From the NCBI GenBank assembly GCA_028534125.1, contig CM052817.1:79610001-79674000 (forward strand): DNA of 64,000 nucleotides. Direction: 5' to 3'. This document shows positions 39,149 to 52,290 of this stretch, piece after piece; positions within the stretch are counted from its first letter, which is position 1; each line of letters opens with the position of its first letter. The position numbers were made by a program, and so were the translations under genes. A model generated the notes under the pieces. It was not told the DNA's origin. It worked only from the letters and a program-made list of their open reading frames with translations, and did no database searches. This DNA comes from Lama glama. Lineage: Eukaryota.

Positions 39149-39486
39149 GTGCGGAAACAGTCTTTGCTTTCCTGGATATAAAGCTAGATTCTGTTTTACC
39201 AGTTATTGATGTATAGTCGCAAGTAAATATGGAAAAGGAGAATGTTTGAGAATTAGAGTATTTATAGACAAAAACTATCGTAGATCTAAGTTTTGAGTGT
39301 ATTTTGTCACAAGGGAACGGCAGTTGTATAGCGTTTTGCTGTTGGCTTGAATGTGCGTACTACAAGTGCTGTGAAGTGTGAATGATAATATGGTCAGGTA
39401 CTTTTGAATGTTTTATTTTATGCTATATTTTTACATTTAAGAGTAATCAGTGTTACAAACGATAAATAAGAGATGTATTGTCTTGT

Positions 39487-39734
39487 AATTAAAATTGTAT
39501 CAAATATATAGTTTTTAACAGTAAATTTTGTTATCTAACTCAAATGTCTGTTTCATAAAAGGTTTAGTTTTAAACCTTTAAAATTGTATCAAATTATAGT
39601 TTTTAACAGTAAATTAAATTTGTATCAAATTTATCAAATATATTAAATTAAAATTGTATCAAATATATAGTTTTTAACAGTAAATTTTGTTATCTAACTC
39701 AAATGTCTGTTTCATAAAAGGTTTAGTTTTTAAA
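39487..39734. repeat. Complex direct duplication: two ~88-bp copies separated by partial copies
   Basis: 39487-39574 vs 39646-39734 differ by one T; the spacer consists of fragments of the same unit. Confidence 0.93.
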
Positions 39735-39906
39735 ACAGAGCCTCTGATGATTATTTGATGAGATAGTCACCCTTCACTATATTAAAACTCAGTGTCATTT
39801 CTGCCCTAAAAATCATATAGAGGTCACAAATGCCAGTAATAAGATTTTACTGGGTATTTTTGATGAGAGAACTGATAAGAGAACTGACATTAAAATAGTG
39901 GTTCTT

Positions 39907-40073
39907 GGGGGAGGTTTTAGCTCAAGAGGCAGAGTGCGTGCTTAGCATGCACGAGGTCCTAGGTTCCGTCCCCGGTTACCTCCATTAAAAATAAGAACAA
40001 CTAAATAAACCTAATTACCTCCCCCTTCAAATAAATACATACGTACGTACATACATACATAACTAACTAACTA
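39907..40073 (+). mobile_element. Camelid vic-1-type tRNA-derived SINE with TACA/TAAC simple-repeat tail
   Basis: gggggaggttttagctcaagaggcagagtgcgtgcttagcatgcacgaggtcctaggttccgtcccc...aaataaacctaattacctcccc. Confidence 0.88.
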
Positions 40074-40130
40074 ACAATGGTTAACCAGGGCGATTCTGTC
40101 CTGAGGGGATATTCAGCAATGTGGAGAAAC
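40074..40130. mobile_element. MER20-like hAT terminus fragment
   Basis: caatggttaaccagggcgattctgtcctgaggggatattcagcaatgt resembles the MER20 end. Confidence 0.55.
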
Positions 40131-41244
40131 GGTTAAAGCAAAACATTTGCTCTGCTCTGTGAATCTCTGGAAGTTTTCACAACAAAACAAGAAAACAAAA
40201 AGTTGATATTTTAGAAACAAAAGTTTTTGCCAATGCCATTGCTCACTGTTTTGCACTTAGCTCCAAAATATTGCTGTTGAAATTATGTTGTAGCCAACAA
40301 CATATTGAAGTGGCATTGCCGGTTTTTGAAAACATTTTTCTGGGTATAAAATTAACACATAGTTCATTACAGGAAATACAGAAAACAGAAAAGTACTAAA
40401 AATGAAAATAATACCTCTTTATCATAGATAACCAGTATTATCATTTCCTACCTGCTCGCCAGCATTTTTGTGGCAATACAGTCTTTTTCCCAAGCAAAAT
40501 TGAAAGGTGGTCTCTTCTGCTATATAACTTTAAAAAGTTTTAAATATAAGTTTTCCCAAATTATTAAATATTTAATATCTAAAATAACTTTAATGACTGC
40601 ATGATATTCCATTATTTTGATCATATATTTGAAATTTCCTGGACTTTTTTTATTTTGTAAATAATATTGAGATGAATATCTTTGTATATAGACATTTTAA
40701 AACATCCTTAGGATAAATTCTTAAAAGCGTAATTCCTGAGTCAGAGAGTGTGAACATTTTTAAGGTGTTTGGTAGGTTTTACTCCCTAGTAAGATGATAA
40801 GATTTCTGCATCTTCACCACAGTGTGTGGACTCCACACTGTATTCTTCCCAACATTGTGCTTTAAATTTATTTTTAGTCATTGCTAATGTGGACTAAAAT
40901 GGGATTTTATCATTTTAATTTATATTGCTACTTTATTGGCTATTTGAAGGAGGGGGATAAATATGCCCGTGCCCCATTTCTCTGTTGGGATATTCCCTTT
41001 TTTCTTAAGGGCAAATGTCACAAATTATTAACACTTAAATTATTATAGCAGTGTATATGTACTATGGTAGGAATACGTAGTGAAAGGAATATAAAATGAG
41101 CAGTTATTTTTTATGCCCACATTTATTTTAGGAAATAAAAAAGTGAAACAGCACCCATCATTTTATCATCATAAAACATGCAAGAAGGAATGATGATGAG
41201 AATAAATGTATTAGAACTGTGGGTTATGATTCATGTCTGTTCTT

Positions 41245-42100
41245 TTAAAGGATCTTTATTGAGCTTTACTGAGTTCTGGATCAGTGCTAAAGGTTGGATA
41301 TACTGTAGTGAACTTAGCAGACATGGCCGCTGCTAGTGTGGAACTTCAGTTGCACTTGGAGAAACAGATAGTAAGGAAACAAGTATATTTTAAGTGGAAA
41401 CATGAAGTAGGTCAGTGTGAGTTAGCCAAGCAGAGAGTTGGGGGAATAAATACTCCAGGTACAGAATTCAAAATCTATGAAGCAGGAAAGAATTTGGCAA
41501 CTTTGAAAAAGAAAAAAAAAGTATAAGTGGCGCATGGTGAACTAAGGGTATACTGGCATGAGCAAGATTTTGATAGATAAGAAAGAGCCAGATCATGCAG
41601 GGAGGCCACTGAAAGCTTCAGTAGGGAAGTGGACGTGATTATGATGTACACTTCTAGAACACTAGTCCAAGTGCGGTGTGACAGTTGATTGAAGGAGAAC
41701 AAGAATGGAAGGAAACAGAACAGTTGGTAATTTCAGCAGCTCACAACTGATCATTGCTTAGGCTGGAATAGCAATGGTAAGATGGAGGGAAATGGACAGA
41801 CTTGATATATGTTATTAGAAATGATACGGTGATAAATTTCATAATAGGAAGTTAGAAGTGAGAAGGAGGACAAACAACTCCTGGGTATCTGGTTGAGCTA
41901 TTTGCATGGAAGTGTTACTGGAGATGGGAAATACTGGAAGAGTAGCAGATTGGGGGAAAAGATCAAGAGTCCAGTTTCGGACTTGGTAAGCTTTAAATGC
42001 CTGTGACCCGCTCTAATGGGATGTCAAGTAACCAGTTGCAATATATGAATCCAAAGAAATCTGGTCTAGAGATATGTGTTTTAGAATCATCAGCAAAGTC
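41245..42100 (-). mobile_element. L2 LINE 3' region
   Basis: tttattgagc...gagtccagtttcggacttggtaagctttaaatgcctgtga...agaatcatcagca typical antisense L2 motifs. Confidence 0.7.
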
Positions 42101-42130
42101 ATCTAATTCTCTGTTTAGATGGTCTCATAT

Positions 42131-42472
42131 TTTTTAACTTAATTTAATTTATTTGTTTTATTTTTATTATAGTATAGTCAGTTTACAGTGTGTCAGTTTC
42201 TGGTGTACAGCATGTTTCAGTCATACAAATACATACGAATATTCGTTTTCATATTCTCTTTCATTATAGGTTACTACAAGATATTGAATATAGTTTCCTG
42301 TGCTATACAGAAGAAGCTTGTTTATCTATTAGTAACTGCAAATCTCAAACTCTCAATTTATCCCTTCCCAGTCTCTTTCCCCCTGGTAACCATATGTTTG
42401 TTTCTATGTCTGTGAGTCTGTTTCTGTTTTATAAGTAAGTTCATTTGTGTCTTTTTTTTTTAGATTTTACAC
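42131..42472 (-). mobile_element. Relatively young artiodactyl-type L1 3' end
   Basis: T-rich tail, then tatagtcagtttacagtgtgtcagtttctggtgtacagcat...ccctggtaaccatatgtttgtttctatgtctgtgagtctg. Confidence 0.85.
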
Positions 42473-42951
42473 TGTATTTTTTATTTTTATAGCATATTTG
42501 GAATTCACCTATCCGTGGTGAAGAGAAAGAGATCTTTAACTTTGTGCATTTGTGTACCTGGCTCTATTTCCATTTTTTCTATGGAAATATGGAGTCCTGC
42601 TGTATGATTTGAATTTTTTACAGTTCGTTCTCCTCCCTTTCTGCTTAAAACCCAGCTATTTTGTACCTCTTTGACTGCCTGCTTCCAATAGAACAAAGGA
42701 GAAAAGAAACAGGAAACCATGGAGTTGCCCAGTCATATGAACAAATAATTGTTTCAAAGATGAACAGAATATTTCCAATTAATTTACTAAGTCCTCATTT
42801 GCATTTCAGGATTTAAATCTATTGATCAGTTAATGTTTGACTATTTCATTTTATTTGCAAGTCATATTTAGTTCTTGAGACTATACTAGTGACAGGTTTT
42901 TTAAATTTTCTGTAGCTTATAAATACTTTGGATTTCTTGTGTTCACTGTAG

Positions 42952-43152
42952 GTTCATCTGGATTAGGCAGCCCTCTTGGCAGAAGTCGGCACAGCAGTAG
43001 TCAGTCAGACCTGACCAGCTCCAGCAGCAGTTCATCGGGTTTGAGCTTCACTGCGTGCATGTCTGACTTCTCTCTTTATGTATTTCATCCATATGGAGCA
43101 GGGAAGCAAAAAACTGCTGTCTCTGGCCTTACACCTGGATCAGGAGGATTAG
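42952..43152 (+). CDS. BLTP1: BLTP1 exon 22 SSGLGSPL...PGSGGLG
   Basis: ctgtag| and tag|gtatac; 201 nt, phase 1->1. Confidence 0.95.
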
Positions 43153-43905
43153 GTATACTTAGCATGTTTGCATCTTTTTCAGATTTATAGCATCTTTTCA
43201 AGCTTTGATCCTTGTAGAAATCATGATACCTTTAATAATAGATATAAAACAAGATCAGAAACTTTATTTTTCTTCTTGATACTTTCTATCCTGTCTCTAA
43301 GTAATAAGTAGAAATATCAAACAAGTAATGCAGATAAATTAATTATATAGGAAATTTAGAACTCAGAATATTTTATAAGTGATATATACTGTACAGTCTC
43401 TTTGGATATAAGAAGTTACTTATGTTATTTAAATGTTTCACTAAATCACTTCCTATTTGTATAAAAAATTATATTCTATGAACTGTAAATGTTTAGAGTG
43501 TACATCATGTTTCTTAATTTAAAACTCAAATTCTACTGGCATTTTAGAGTGCAGATTTACCACTAAAACTGTATAAAAAGTTGATATTAGTGAATGTCTC
43601 TTCACTTATATAGATAAATAATAAAGACACACTCCATATCAATTCTAGTTTTTATTGGAGAGATGTTGCAAAAATCATCAATTATGCTTATGGGCTTGCA
43701 CCTATTAAACTATTGTTAGGAATTTCTAATGCTTATTAGGTCATTCTGCTTAAATTTTTACCTCACTTAAGTGATTTTAATTGATGGCATATTCTAGTCT
43801 ATTCGATAAATTCATGTAACTAGATAGTTGTGTATATATTATGAATATATATATGTGTATTTATGTGTGTGTCCATGCGTATCTGTTTTGTTTTGTTTTT
43901 TAAAG

Positions 43906-44085
43906 GAAATGTGGATGAAGAACCCACTTCAGTCACTGGTCGAAAAGATTCACTCAGTATAAATCTCGAGTTTGTGAAAGTGAGTTTGTCTCGGATAAGG
44001 CGTTCAGGAGGTGCCTCGTTTTTTGAAAGTCAGTCTGTAAGCAAGTCTGCAAGCAAAATGGACACTACACTAATAAATATATCTG
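43906..44085 (+). CDS. BLTP1: BLTP1 exon 23 NVDEEPTS...TLINIS
   Basis: ttaaag| and ctg|gtattc; 180 nt, phase 1->1. Confidence 0.95.
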
Positions 44086-46280
44086 GTATTCAATTTTATA
44101 GTTTTTTAACTAAAATATTGTTTTCCAGAATTAAACAAGGGCCTCCTTTTTAAGTGTTTAAATATTAAATATGTTTAATAATATTGTTTATGAAAAATTG
44201 ATTTAACAGAGAGAAATAACAGTCCAGCCAAGTACTATCTCAGTCCAGGTAATCAGTGTTAGAAATAGGATTTCTAGATAAATACATAGAAATATCACCT
44301 AAGGGCCAAAATATGCCTAATTAAATTACTGAGCTGCTGCTTTACTTCTCTACCATGAATTGGTAAAATTTCTGACTTTGTTTGATTTTTAAATTATAAA
44401 TTCTTAAAACACTAAGGAGGAATGAGTATTGAAGATTTTTTCCTTGGTGTCATCAGATCTTGAGTTGTGTGCATGTGCAACACAAGCTTTATAACTAGTT
44501 ACGTAACTGTGAGCAGATCCCTTCCTCATTTTCTTTACATTGTGATATGAGTATTTAGAATTAGATACATGTAGAACATTTTGCAGAATTTAGAGTACTA
44601 TGTGAGTGAAAACTTTAAAAATTATTAATCAAACAAATATAGTAAGTACCCTCAACCCACTCAACACAGTATCTGTTTGGTCAGTGAACAAACATATATT
44701 GAGCCTGTATTTTACAGTGAACTTGTGCCAGTCACTCTGCTAGGTGCTTCAAGGTGCAGGCATGAATAAGGCAAGGTCTTGTTAGTGGACAGATAAATTA
44801 CACTGCAGTGTGATAAATCCTATAATGGAATTTACTTAATGAAGAGGAAGCAATTAAATTTTGATCAGAGAAGGCTTCACAAAGGAAATGATATTTGGGC
44901 CAGATCTTCAAAATTATGTAGGAATATTCTTGGCTATAGCAACATGGTATTTAATGGCACAGAAGCATCAAAAAATATGCTTTTGGTTCATACTTTGATT
45001 CAGGGAGACTGAAGCACAGGTATAACTGAACATTTAGTTAGCTGTAAAAAGTAGGTGGGTTCCAGAGGGAGAGGGGAGTTGGCCAGAGGTAAAGCTGGTA
45101 AAACAGATCAGGACATGATCAGGGGGAGACTCGAATGCCAGGCCAAAAACAGGGTTCTGATCTTTTGGGCAGTGATAAGCCTTTAGAGGTTTTTAAGAAA
45201 TAGGATGACAACATTGTCCCTAAAGATGACAATACTGTATTGTTTACTTAAAAAAAAAACTGTTAAGATTGTAGATCAAATGCTGTGTTCTTACCACAAA
45301 AATAACCAGAATTATATATGAATTATAAAATAATCTGTTTAGATTAAAAATAGGAATGATGCTTCAGATTAGTGTTTTAGGAAGAGAGTTGATAGTAGAA
45401 TGAAAAATGGGAGTGGAACGATACTTGAGAAGTCTGTTGAAATAGACTAAATAATAGGGTCTTGGAATTGTGATGGTAGAAAAAAAGAGAAAAGAGAATG
45501 GTTTTAAGAGGAATAAGAGAATCGCAAAGCTTAAGGACAAATTGTATGAGGAGCAGTAGAGGAGACAAGGATACCTCCAGCTTTTTAGTTAGGTGACTGA
45601 AGGGACATTGAGGTCATTAACTTAGAAAATAAAGGAAGTGCCTAAGGACATTGAGGGGGAAGGGCCCTGTAGGCAGTTGGCTGATGGACTGTGTGGATAT
45701 GGGCTCAGGCTGGAATAGAAACTTTAGGTTTGGGAGACATTGGTGTGTAAATGCAGAGAAGCTGTGGTGGAGGAGGGCAGAGCACATACAGCAGGGGCAG
45801 CAGAGTGCTCAGAGCAGAACTCCAAGAGACGGCCATCAGAAGCTTTCAGACTGAGAAGTCGCTGCTTTTTGTCTAAAAGGAGAACTGTAGGTCTTGCCAT
45901 ACAGGTTTGCAGCTACTTTTGAGGAAGTATGTATTCCAGCTCATTCAGATTCAGTTCCCATATTTGAGAGTTGAAGCTGGAAGCTGTAAGAGTGATCTTA
46001 AGACCCTCTGAGAATTTCATGATAAAGTGATAATAGAATTCCAGGTTGCCCTCCTCACCTTAAAAATGGAAATGGAACTAACAGTGCTAGAATATGCTAT
46101 TTTTATTATTTGTGGGAGGAACACATTATCACTTACTAATCATACTATGTAACTTATTTTGGTATTTCATGAATTGTAACTGAATTATAATTCAGTTGTG
46201 TAATATTATGTCATATTATACCTTATGAAAATATTAAAGGTTTTGGTAATCTGTTTTAACAAATTTTATATATGCCTCAG

Positions 46281-46418
46281 CTGTTTGTGATATAGGGTCT
46301 GCTTCCTTCAAATATGATATGCGCCGACTCAGTGAAATTCTGGCGTTTCCAAGAGCCTGGTATAGGAGAAGTATTGCAAGACGCCTGTTCCTCGGAGACC
46401 AAACTATAAATTTGCCAA
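46281..46418 (+). CDS. BLTP1: BLTP1 exon 24 AVCDIGSA...QTINLP
   Basis: cctcag| and caa|gtaagt; 138 nt, phase 1->1. Confidence 0.95.
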
Positions 46419-47124
46419 GTAAGTTTGTTATGTAATTATAAATTATATTTGGGCTGCTTTTAATTTTGGTTACAGTCGTTACAAGATCCACGATTGATAA
46501 CACAAACTTTGTCTTACTTGATAAGTTGTACCATGCAGTTCACTCACTCATTGAGCAAATATCTATTGAGCCCCTTTAATGTGCTAAGTGCTGGTAATGC
46601 AGTATTATTGGAGGTCACAAAATGCTCTCTCAGGGATTAAGTTCAGTTGATTGTTATTCTGTGATGATTGCTCTGTAATCTTTGCAAAATCTAGAAGTGC
46701 AGAAATACATTTAACCAAGTTAATCATGGTTCATTAAGCATGGAAAACAAAATATTGAGGATGTGCTACCATACTGCATTTTTTCTCTTGGACTTAGATA
46801 TTGTTGTAGTATTACATTAATAAGTGAAAGGTAGACTTAAAATGACATAGTTGAAGATATCAGAAATCTGGGCCTCAGTCTATTCTCTCATCTGTAAAAT
46901 GGGAACAGAAGTTCCTGTCTTGCCCTTCTCATGGAGCTTCAGGGAGAATGAAATAAAATGACATGCTGGATTTTACTTTGCAAACTGTACACTACTGTGT
47001 ATTTGTCAGGTGGAGAACTGGAAGGACTATATAATGTGATTATAGAAATGGTGGAGTGGCAAAATTTTATAATATGGTGATTTTACCCTGTTAATTTTGT
47101 TTTTGTTTTCTGCTTTTCTATTAG

Positions 47125-47382
47125 CATCTGGCCCAGGGACACCTGATTCCATTGAAGGTGTAAGCCAGCACCTTTCCCCTGAATCATCAAGAAAAGCTTA
47201 CTGCAGGACCTGGGAACAGCCTAGTCAGTCAGCCTCCTTCACCCACATGCCTCAGTCACCTAATGTGTTCAATGAGCATATGACAAACAGCACCATGTCA
47301 CCAGGGACAGCAGCACAGAGCCTAAAATCCCCAGCTTCCGTAAGATCACGGAGTGTGTCTGATTCTTCAGTTCCCAGAAGAG
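47125..47382 (+). CDS. BLTP1: BLTP1 exon 25 TSGPGTPD...SSVPRR
   Basis: tattag| and gag|gtaaca; 258 nt, phase 1->1. Confidence 0.95.
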
Positions 47383-48289
47383 GTAACACTGATCCCTTCA
47401 TTATCAGTAGCCCTTGGAGGCCCCCAAAATAAAAATCTTAATTAGTTACTCCCAGATTTCTGCCCCAGCTAAAGGGAGATAAACTCTTGCAGGTTTTTAG
47501 GGAAGACAAAGGAGAGGGGGACAGGTAAATCCCAAACCAGACAATAAATACTTCACAGTATTTGACAGCAGAAGGGACATCTGGATGGCTAGTAGCTTTG
47601 AAAAGGGATAGGGAAGGAGAGGGGATGAGCATATTGTTAGCATGCTCCATATGGTACAGCTATTTTTAGAAGTAAAATAAACCTACAATGTCGTAAAAGA
47701 TATTTGATATTGAAAAGTTAATCTTTACATTCATTCAGTCATTCTTTTATTCAGCCAGTATTTTTTGAACATTCTTATATGCTCAATACTCGACTTGTGT
47801 CTAAGCATATAGAAATGATGTAGTTCATGGCACAAGGTAAGAGTCGTGTATAATGAGCAAATGCAGGATTCAAGATATACAGAGTCCATAAGAACACAGA
47901 AGACAGGCACCCCAGCCAGCCTCTGAGTTTCAGAATGGTACCTGCCTCCTAAGCTTTCTTTTTGGCAGCAGTAACTTACGATTTCCTCCTTTGTAAAGAA
48001 AATTTTAGAGTGATGAATGATCTGTATCCCATGCACACCAGAATTTCCTCATATAAAATGGAGGTCATATAGAACTTTATGCGTTTTCAAGAAGTAGAGC
48101 TGGCAACCTTAATAAAAATGCAATAAATACTAACTTATTTTAGAGGCAGTATAACAGCTATTAACTGATAGGTTTTAACACAAGAATATCATAATTTTAC
48201 TGTTTGGATTATTGATAAGAGTAGTTTCTGCTTTGTAATTGGCTGAGCATCTATTTGAATGAACGTACATTTGATTTTTCTGTTTTTAG

Positions 48290-48440
48290 ATTCGCTTTCA
48301 AAAACATCAGCTCCTTTTAACAAATCAAACAAAGCAGCAAGCCAACAAGGGACCCCATGGGAAACACTTGTCGTGTTTGCTATCAACTTGAAGCAATTAA
48401 ACGTTCAAATGAATATGAGTAATGTAATGGGAAATACAAC
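48290..48440 (+). CDS. BLTP1: BLTP1 exon 26 DSLSKTSA...VMGNTT
   Basis: ttttag| and aac|gtaagc; 151 nt, phase 1->2. Confidence 0.95.
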
Positions 48441-48850
48441 GTAAGCTATTCAGATACAAAGAAAATATATTTAATCATTAGTTTTAATTTTTCTCATATT
48501 GTAAAGCAATTCAAAACCTTTTTTTAATACTGAAATGTTTGAGACAGTAAAAACAGCAGATAAGATATAAATTGCTTTATCTTGAAAGTAGTTTCACCTT
48601 AAAGATACTGTAATATAAAACAGCATGAAATATGTTTTCTAAAAAAACAGAAAATTCTAAGAAAAATAGCATGATTTTCTAATTAAGAAGAAAGCCTTAT
48701 CATTAATGTTAATAAACGTTTACCACAGTTTTTAGAAGAAATGTATTGTTTCATTGTCCAACCTTTTTGAAATCATCTAACTCCTGTTTTATTTAATTCA
48801 TGACATTGGAAGCCATATGTCTAATTAATAACCCTTTTTCTTTTTTACAG

Positions 48851-49008
48851 TTGGACAACTAGTGGTTTGAAGAGCCAGGGCCGTCTGTCAGTAGGAAGTA
48901 ACCGAGATAGAGAGATAAGCATGTCTGTTGGTCTGGGAAGATCACAGTTAGATTCTAAAGGAGGAGTAGTTGGAGGGACCATAGATGTTAATGCTTTGGA
49001 GATGGTTG
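48851..49008 (+). CDS. BLTP1: BLTP1 exon 27 WTTSGLKS...NALEMV
   Basis: ttacag| and ttg|gtatgt; 158 nt, phase 2->1. Confidence 0.95.
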
Positions 49009-49124
49009 GTATGTTGAAATTTTACAACTGAAAAATGTATTTTAAAAAAATATTTGAAAATTGATTTTGATGAGTTTTTCCCATTAGGCATTTCTTGACT
49101 AGTCATTTATTGTTTCTATATTAG

Positions 49125-49317
49125 CTCATATTTCTGAACATCCAAATCAGCAACCCAGTCACAAAATTCAGATTACTATGGGTTCTACTGAAGCTCGTGT
49201 TGATTACATGGGCTCAAGTATCCTCATGGGCATCTTCAGTAATGCTGATCTCAAGCTTCAGGATGAATGGAAAGTAAATCTGTATAATACACTGGAGTCA
49301 AGCATGACTGATAAAAG
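49125..49317 (+). CDS. BLTP1: BLTP1 exon 28 AHISEHPN...SSMTDKS
   Basis: tattag| and aag|gtattt; 193 nt, phase 1->2. Confidence 0.95.
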
Positions 49318-49526
49318 GTATTTAGTAACACTTTTTCAATACTTTACGTGACTGCCCTTAACCTGTTTTCTATCATCTAGTGAGAAACCACAAACCATGT
49401 TTCCTGCAAAATGATTTTATATCATACCATTAATATGAATGAAAAGCTGTTGGGAAGAGAATTTTTCTTGTGCTTTTAAACTGTCTTCTATAAGATGTAT
49501 GATAAAGACTCTGTTTTATGCTTTAG

Positions 49527-49744
49527 TGAAATTTTTGTCCATGGAGATTTGAAGTGGGATATTTTCCAAGTAATGATATCAAGATCAACTACACCGGACC
49601 TGATAAAAATAGGAATGAAGCTCCAGGAATTTTTCACCCAGCAGTTTGACACCAGCAAACGAGCTCTGTCTACCTGGGGACCGGTTCCTTATCTTCCACC
49701 TAAGACAGTGACTAATAACCTAGAGAAAAGTTCACAAGAACAAT
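49527..49744 (+). CDS. BLTP1: BLTP1 exon 29 EIFVHGDL...KSSQEQ
   Basis: ctttag| and aat|gtaaga; 218 nt, phase 2->1. Confidence 0.95.
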
Positions 49745-50214
49745 GTAAGAGTTAGAAGACTAAGACTTTATACATGCTTTATCTTTCACTAAATATGTGT
49801 TATGATCTTAATTTAAAACAGTAGCTATATACTTACAGAGTGATCCATATGCTCTTTATCCTTCTCACTCAGCAAAGTGCCTGATTTTCTACCCACCAGT
49901 GGAATTAGAGGTCATCATTTGGGAAGTCATTCATTTATTATCTCCTTCCCCTGCCACAGCTCATCTACAACCATACCATTACTACAAATTGCATCACTAC
50001 ATTACAAATTAATCATATTATTGCAAATTACAACTAATGATTATATTTTCTTTGTATCTGAATAGCTTACATTCTATTTCCCATTACATTACTCATACTC
50101 GAATGTTTAATACATACAACCATAATCCATGCTCTTGAATACTAATTATGATAATTCCACGTTCTGGTGGAATTATGAGCGATATCATATTAGACAGATT
50201 CTTGTTTTCACTGA

Positions 50215-50940
50215 GTAATTTAATCAGCAAACATTTATGCATCAACCATGTTCTTAAGCACTATTTTAGGCATAGGGGATCTACTAGTGGACAAAGTTCC
50301 TACCTTCATAAAGCTTACATTTTAATGGGACAGACAGACCATAACTAATTTACTGAGTAAGTATGTAAGATACTTTGAAGTCGAGAGAAGTTCTGAGAGG
50401 AAAAAAAAAAAAGGCAGGGAGGATATAGAGAATGATAGCTTGTGAGGATAGCTATTTTAGAAAGAGTGGTCAGGGAAACCTTTTCTGAAGTGAAAGAGCT
50501 AGGCTGAAATCTGGGGGAAGAGAGTTCTGGGCATAGTAGGCTAGTGAAGTGTGCAAAGTTCTTACAGTCAGGAGGAAACTTGCTTGCTTGAGGATCAGAA
50601 AGGTGGCCCACTCTGGTGGAACAGAGTGAGAAAGCAGGAAAATGTTGGAAAGAATTCATAGAGAAAAGCCACAGATAAGATTTTTAATATGATGGGTAAC
50701 TTGGGGAGTTTTGAACAGATTTGATATTGATTTACTTTTTTAAAAAATAGTCCTTTTTAAAGCATCACTCTGGCTGCTGTGTGGGGAATTGACTAAGGTG
50801 GTTAAGAATGACAGTAAGGAAACCACTAAAATAATTATCATTACCATTGTTACACACATAGTTACATTACCATTGTAAAGAGGACATTCTGAGAGTCCAG
50901 GCAACAGATGATGGGGGCTTTCACGAGAGTGATACATGTA
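50215..50940 (-). mobile_element. L2 LINE 3' region
   Basis: cagcaaacatttat...agagtggtcagggaaacc...aaagcatcactctggctgctgtgtgg. Confidence 0.75.
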
Positions 50941-51913
50941 AAAGTGAAACGTCAGAAGCAGGATAATTTTTATTTTTTATTTTTCCCTTTTCAGTTTTAT
51001 TAGGGAGAATTACTAGAGTTTGACTGCACATATACATTATATTGCAAGTAAATATAATATACTGCACATTTTTTTAGTTTACATATATATACTGATCATT
51101 ATTTCTAAGAACAGGTTAGAGCTTTAGCTTTTTAAAGTTACATTATTACCAAAGGATAATTTTTATTATCACAGAAGCAATACATATGCATTGGAAAAAT
51201 AATCAGAAAATATATACAAGCAAAAATAAAAGCATCACATTCCACCCAGAAATCATCACCGTGAACACTTTAGAGCATATACTTTCAGATACTTTTCTAT
51301 GCGCCTAAATACATGTGTACTTTTTACCAAATTATTATTCATATTGTTTTGTAACCTTTTCCAGTCAACAACCTCCACCTTTCCACTTTGCTAATTATCT
51401 CCTCTAGCCTTCTCATCCACAACTGACCTGAAATTATCTTTACAACTGGTTTGTCCAAACCAGTATATCCAATTTAAGTCACAGATTAAATATGGTTATA
51501 TTCCTTGTTCTTTTAAAATTTAGTACAGCTCTTTTTTTAATGACCTGACTTGCTGAAGAGACTTGGTCAGTTGTCCTACAGAATGTCCTACCTTCTGGGT
51601 TTTTTTCAGTTGCTTGCTTGTGGTTTCATTTATCTTGTTCTCCTAGTCCATGTGTTTCCTTTAAACTAAGATTGGCATCAGGCATATACAAATAGAGGGC
51701 TGTTTTCCCAAATGCCTGGCCTGGATTCTTCAAAAAAGTCCTTGTCATGGAAAACAAACAGGCTTAGGGAATGTTTTAGATTAAAGGAAACCTTTAAAGA
51801 GGTATGCCAACTAAATACAATGCATGATTCTTGGTTGGATCCAGAATGAGAATTGTGGAAAACAGACAAGAGGGTATTACTGGAATAAGTAGGAAACATA
51901 AATATGAATTGTA

Positions 51914-52121
51914 CAGTTGACCCTTCAAAAACACGGGTTTGAACTGCACAGGGCCACATACAGATTTTTTTCAGTAGTGAATACTGTGGTACCACGTGAA
52001 CCGTGGTTGGTTGAATCCTGAAGAACTGTGGATATGGAGGGCCAACTATAAATTATATGTGGATTTTCAACTGTACAGAGGGTTGGCACCTCTAACCACC
52101 GTGTTGTTCTGTGGTCAACTG
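51914..52121. mobile_element. Non-autonomous Tigger2-family element
   Basis: TIRs cagttgaccc... / ...ggtcaactg, preceded by TA; aacacgggtttgaactgc motif. Confidence 0.85.
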
Positions 52122-52131
52122 TTTATCTGAT

Positions 52132-52290
52132 TAGTTCTCAAAATTTAATATGCATCTGAAATACCTGGAGATCTTATTAAAATGCAGATTCTAATACAGT
52201 AGATATGGAATGGTTAGAAGAGTGAATTTCTAACAAGCTCCCAGGTGATGCTGACACTACTGGTCTTCAGACCTCACTTTGCAGCAGCAG
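52132..52290. mobile_element. MER5A-like hAT-Charlie element
   Basis: gcatctgaaatacctggagatcttattaaaatgcagattct...tttctaacaagctcccaggtgatgctga. Confidence 0.8.

Noticed and set aside
39907..39985. Functional tRNA gene
   Set aside because: The tRNA-like head continues into a SINE body and simple-repeat tail, with degenerate A/B boxes; it is a SINE.
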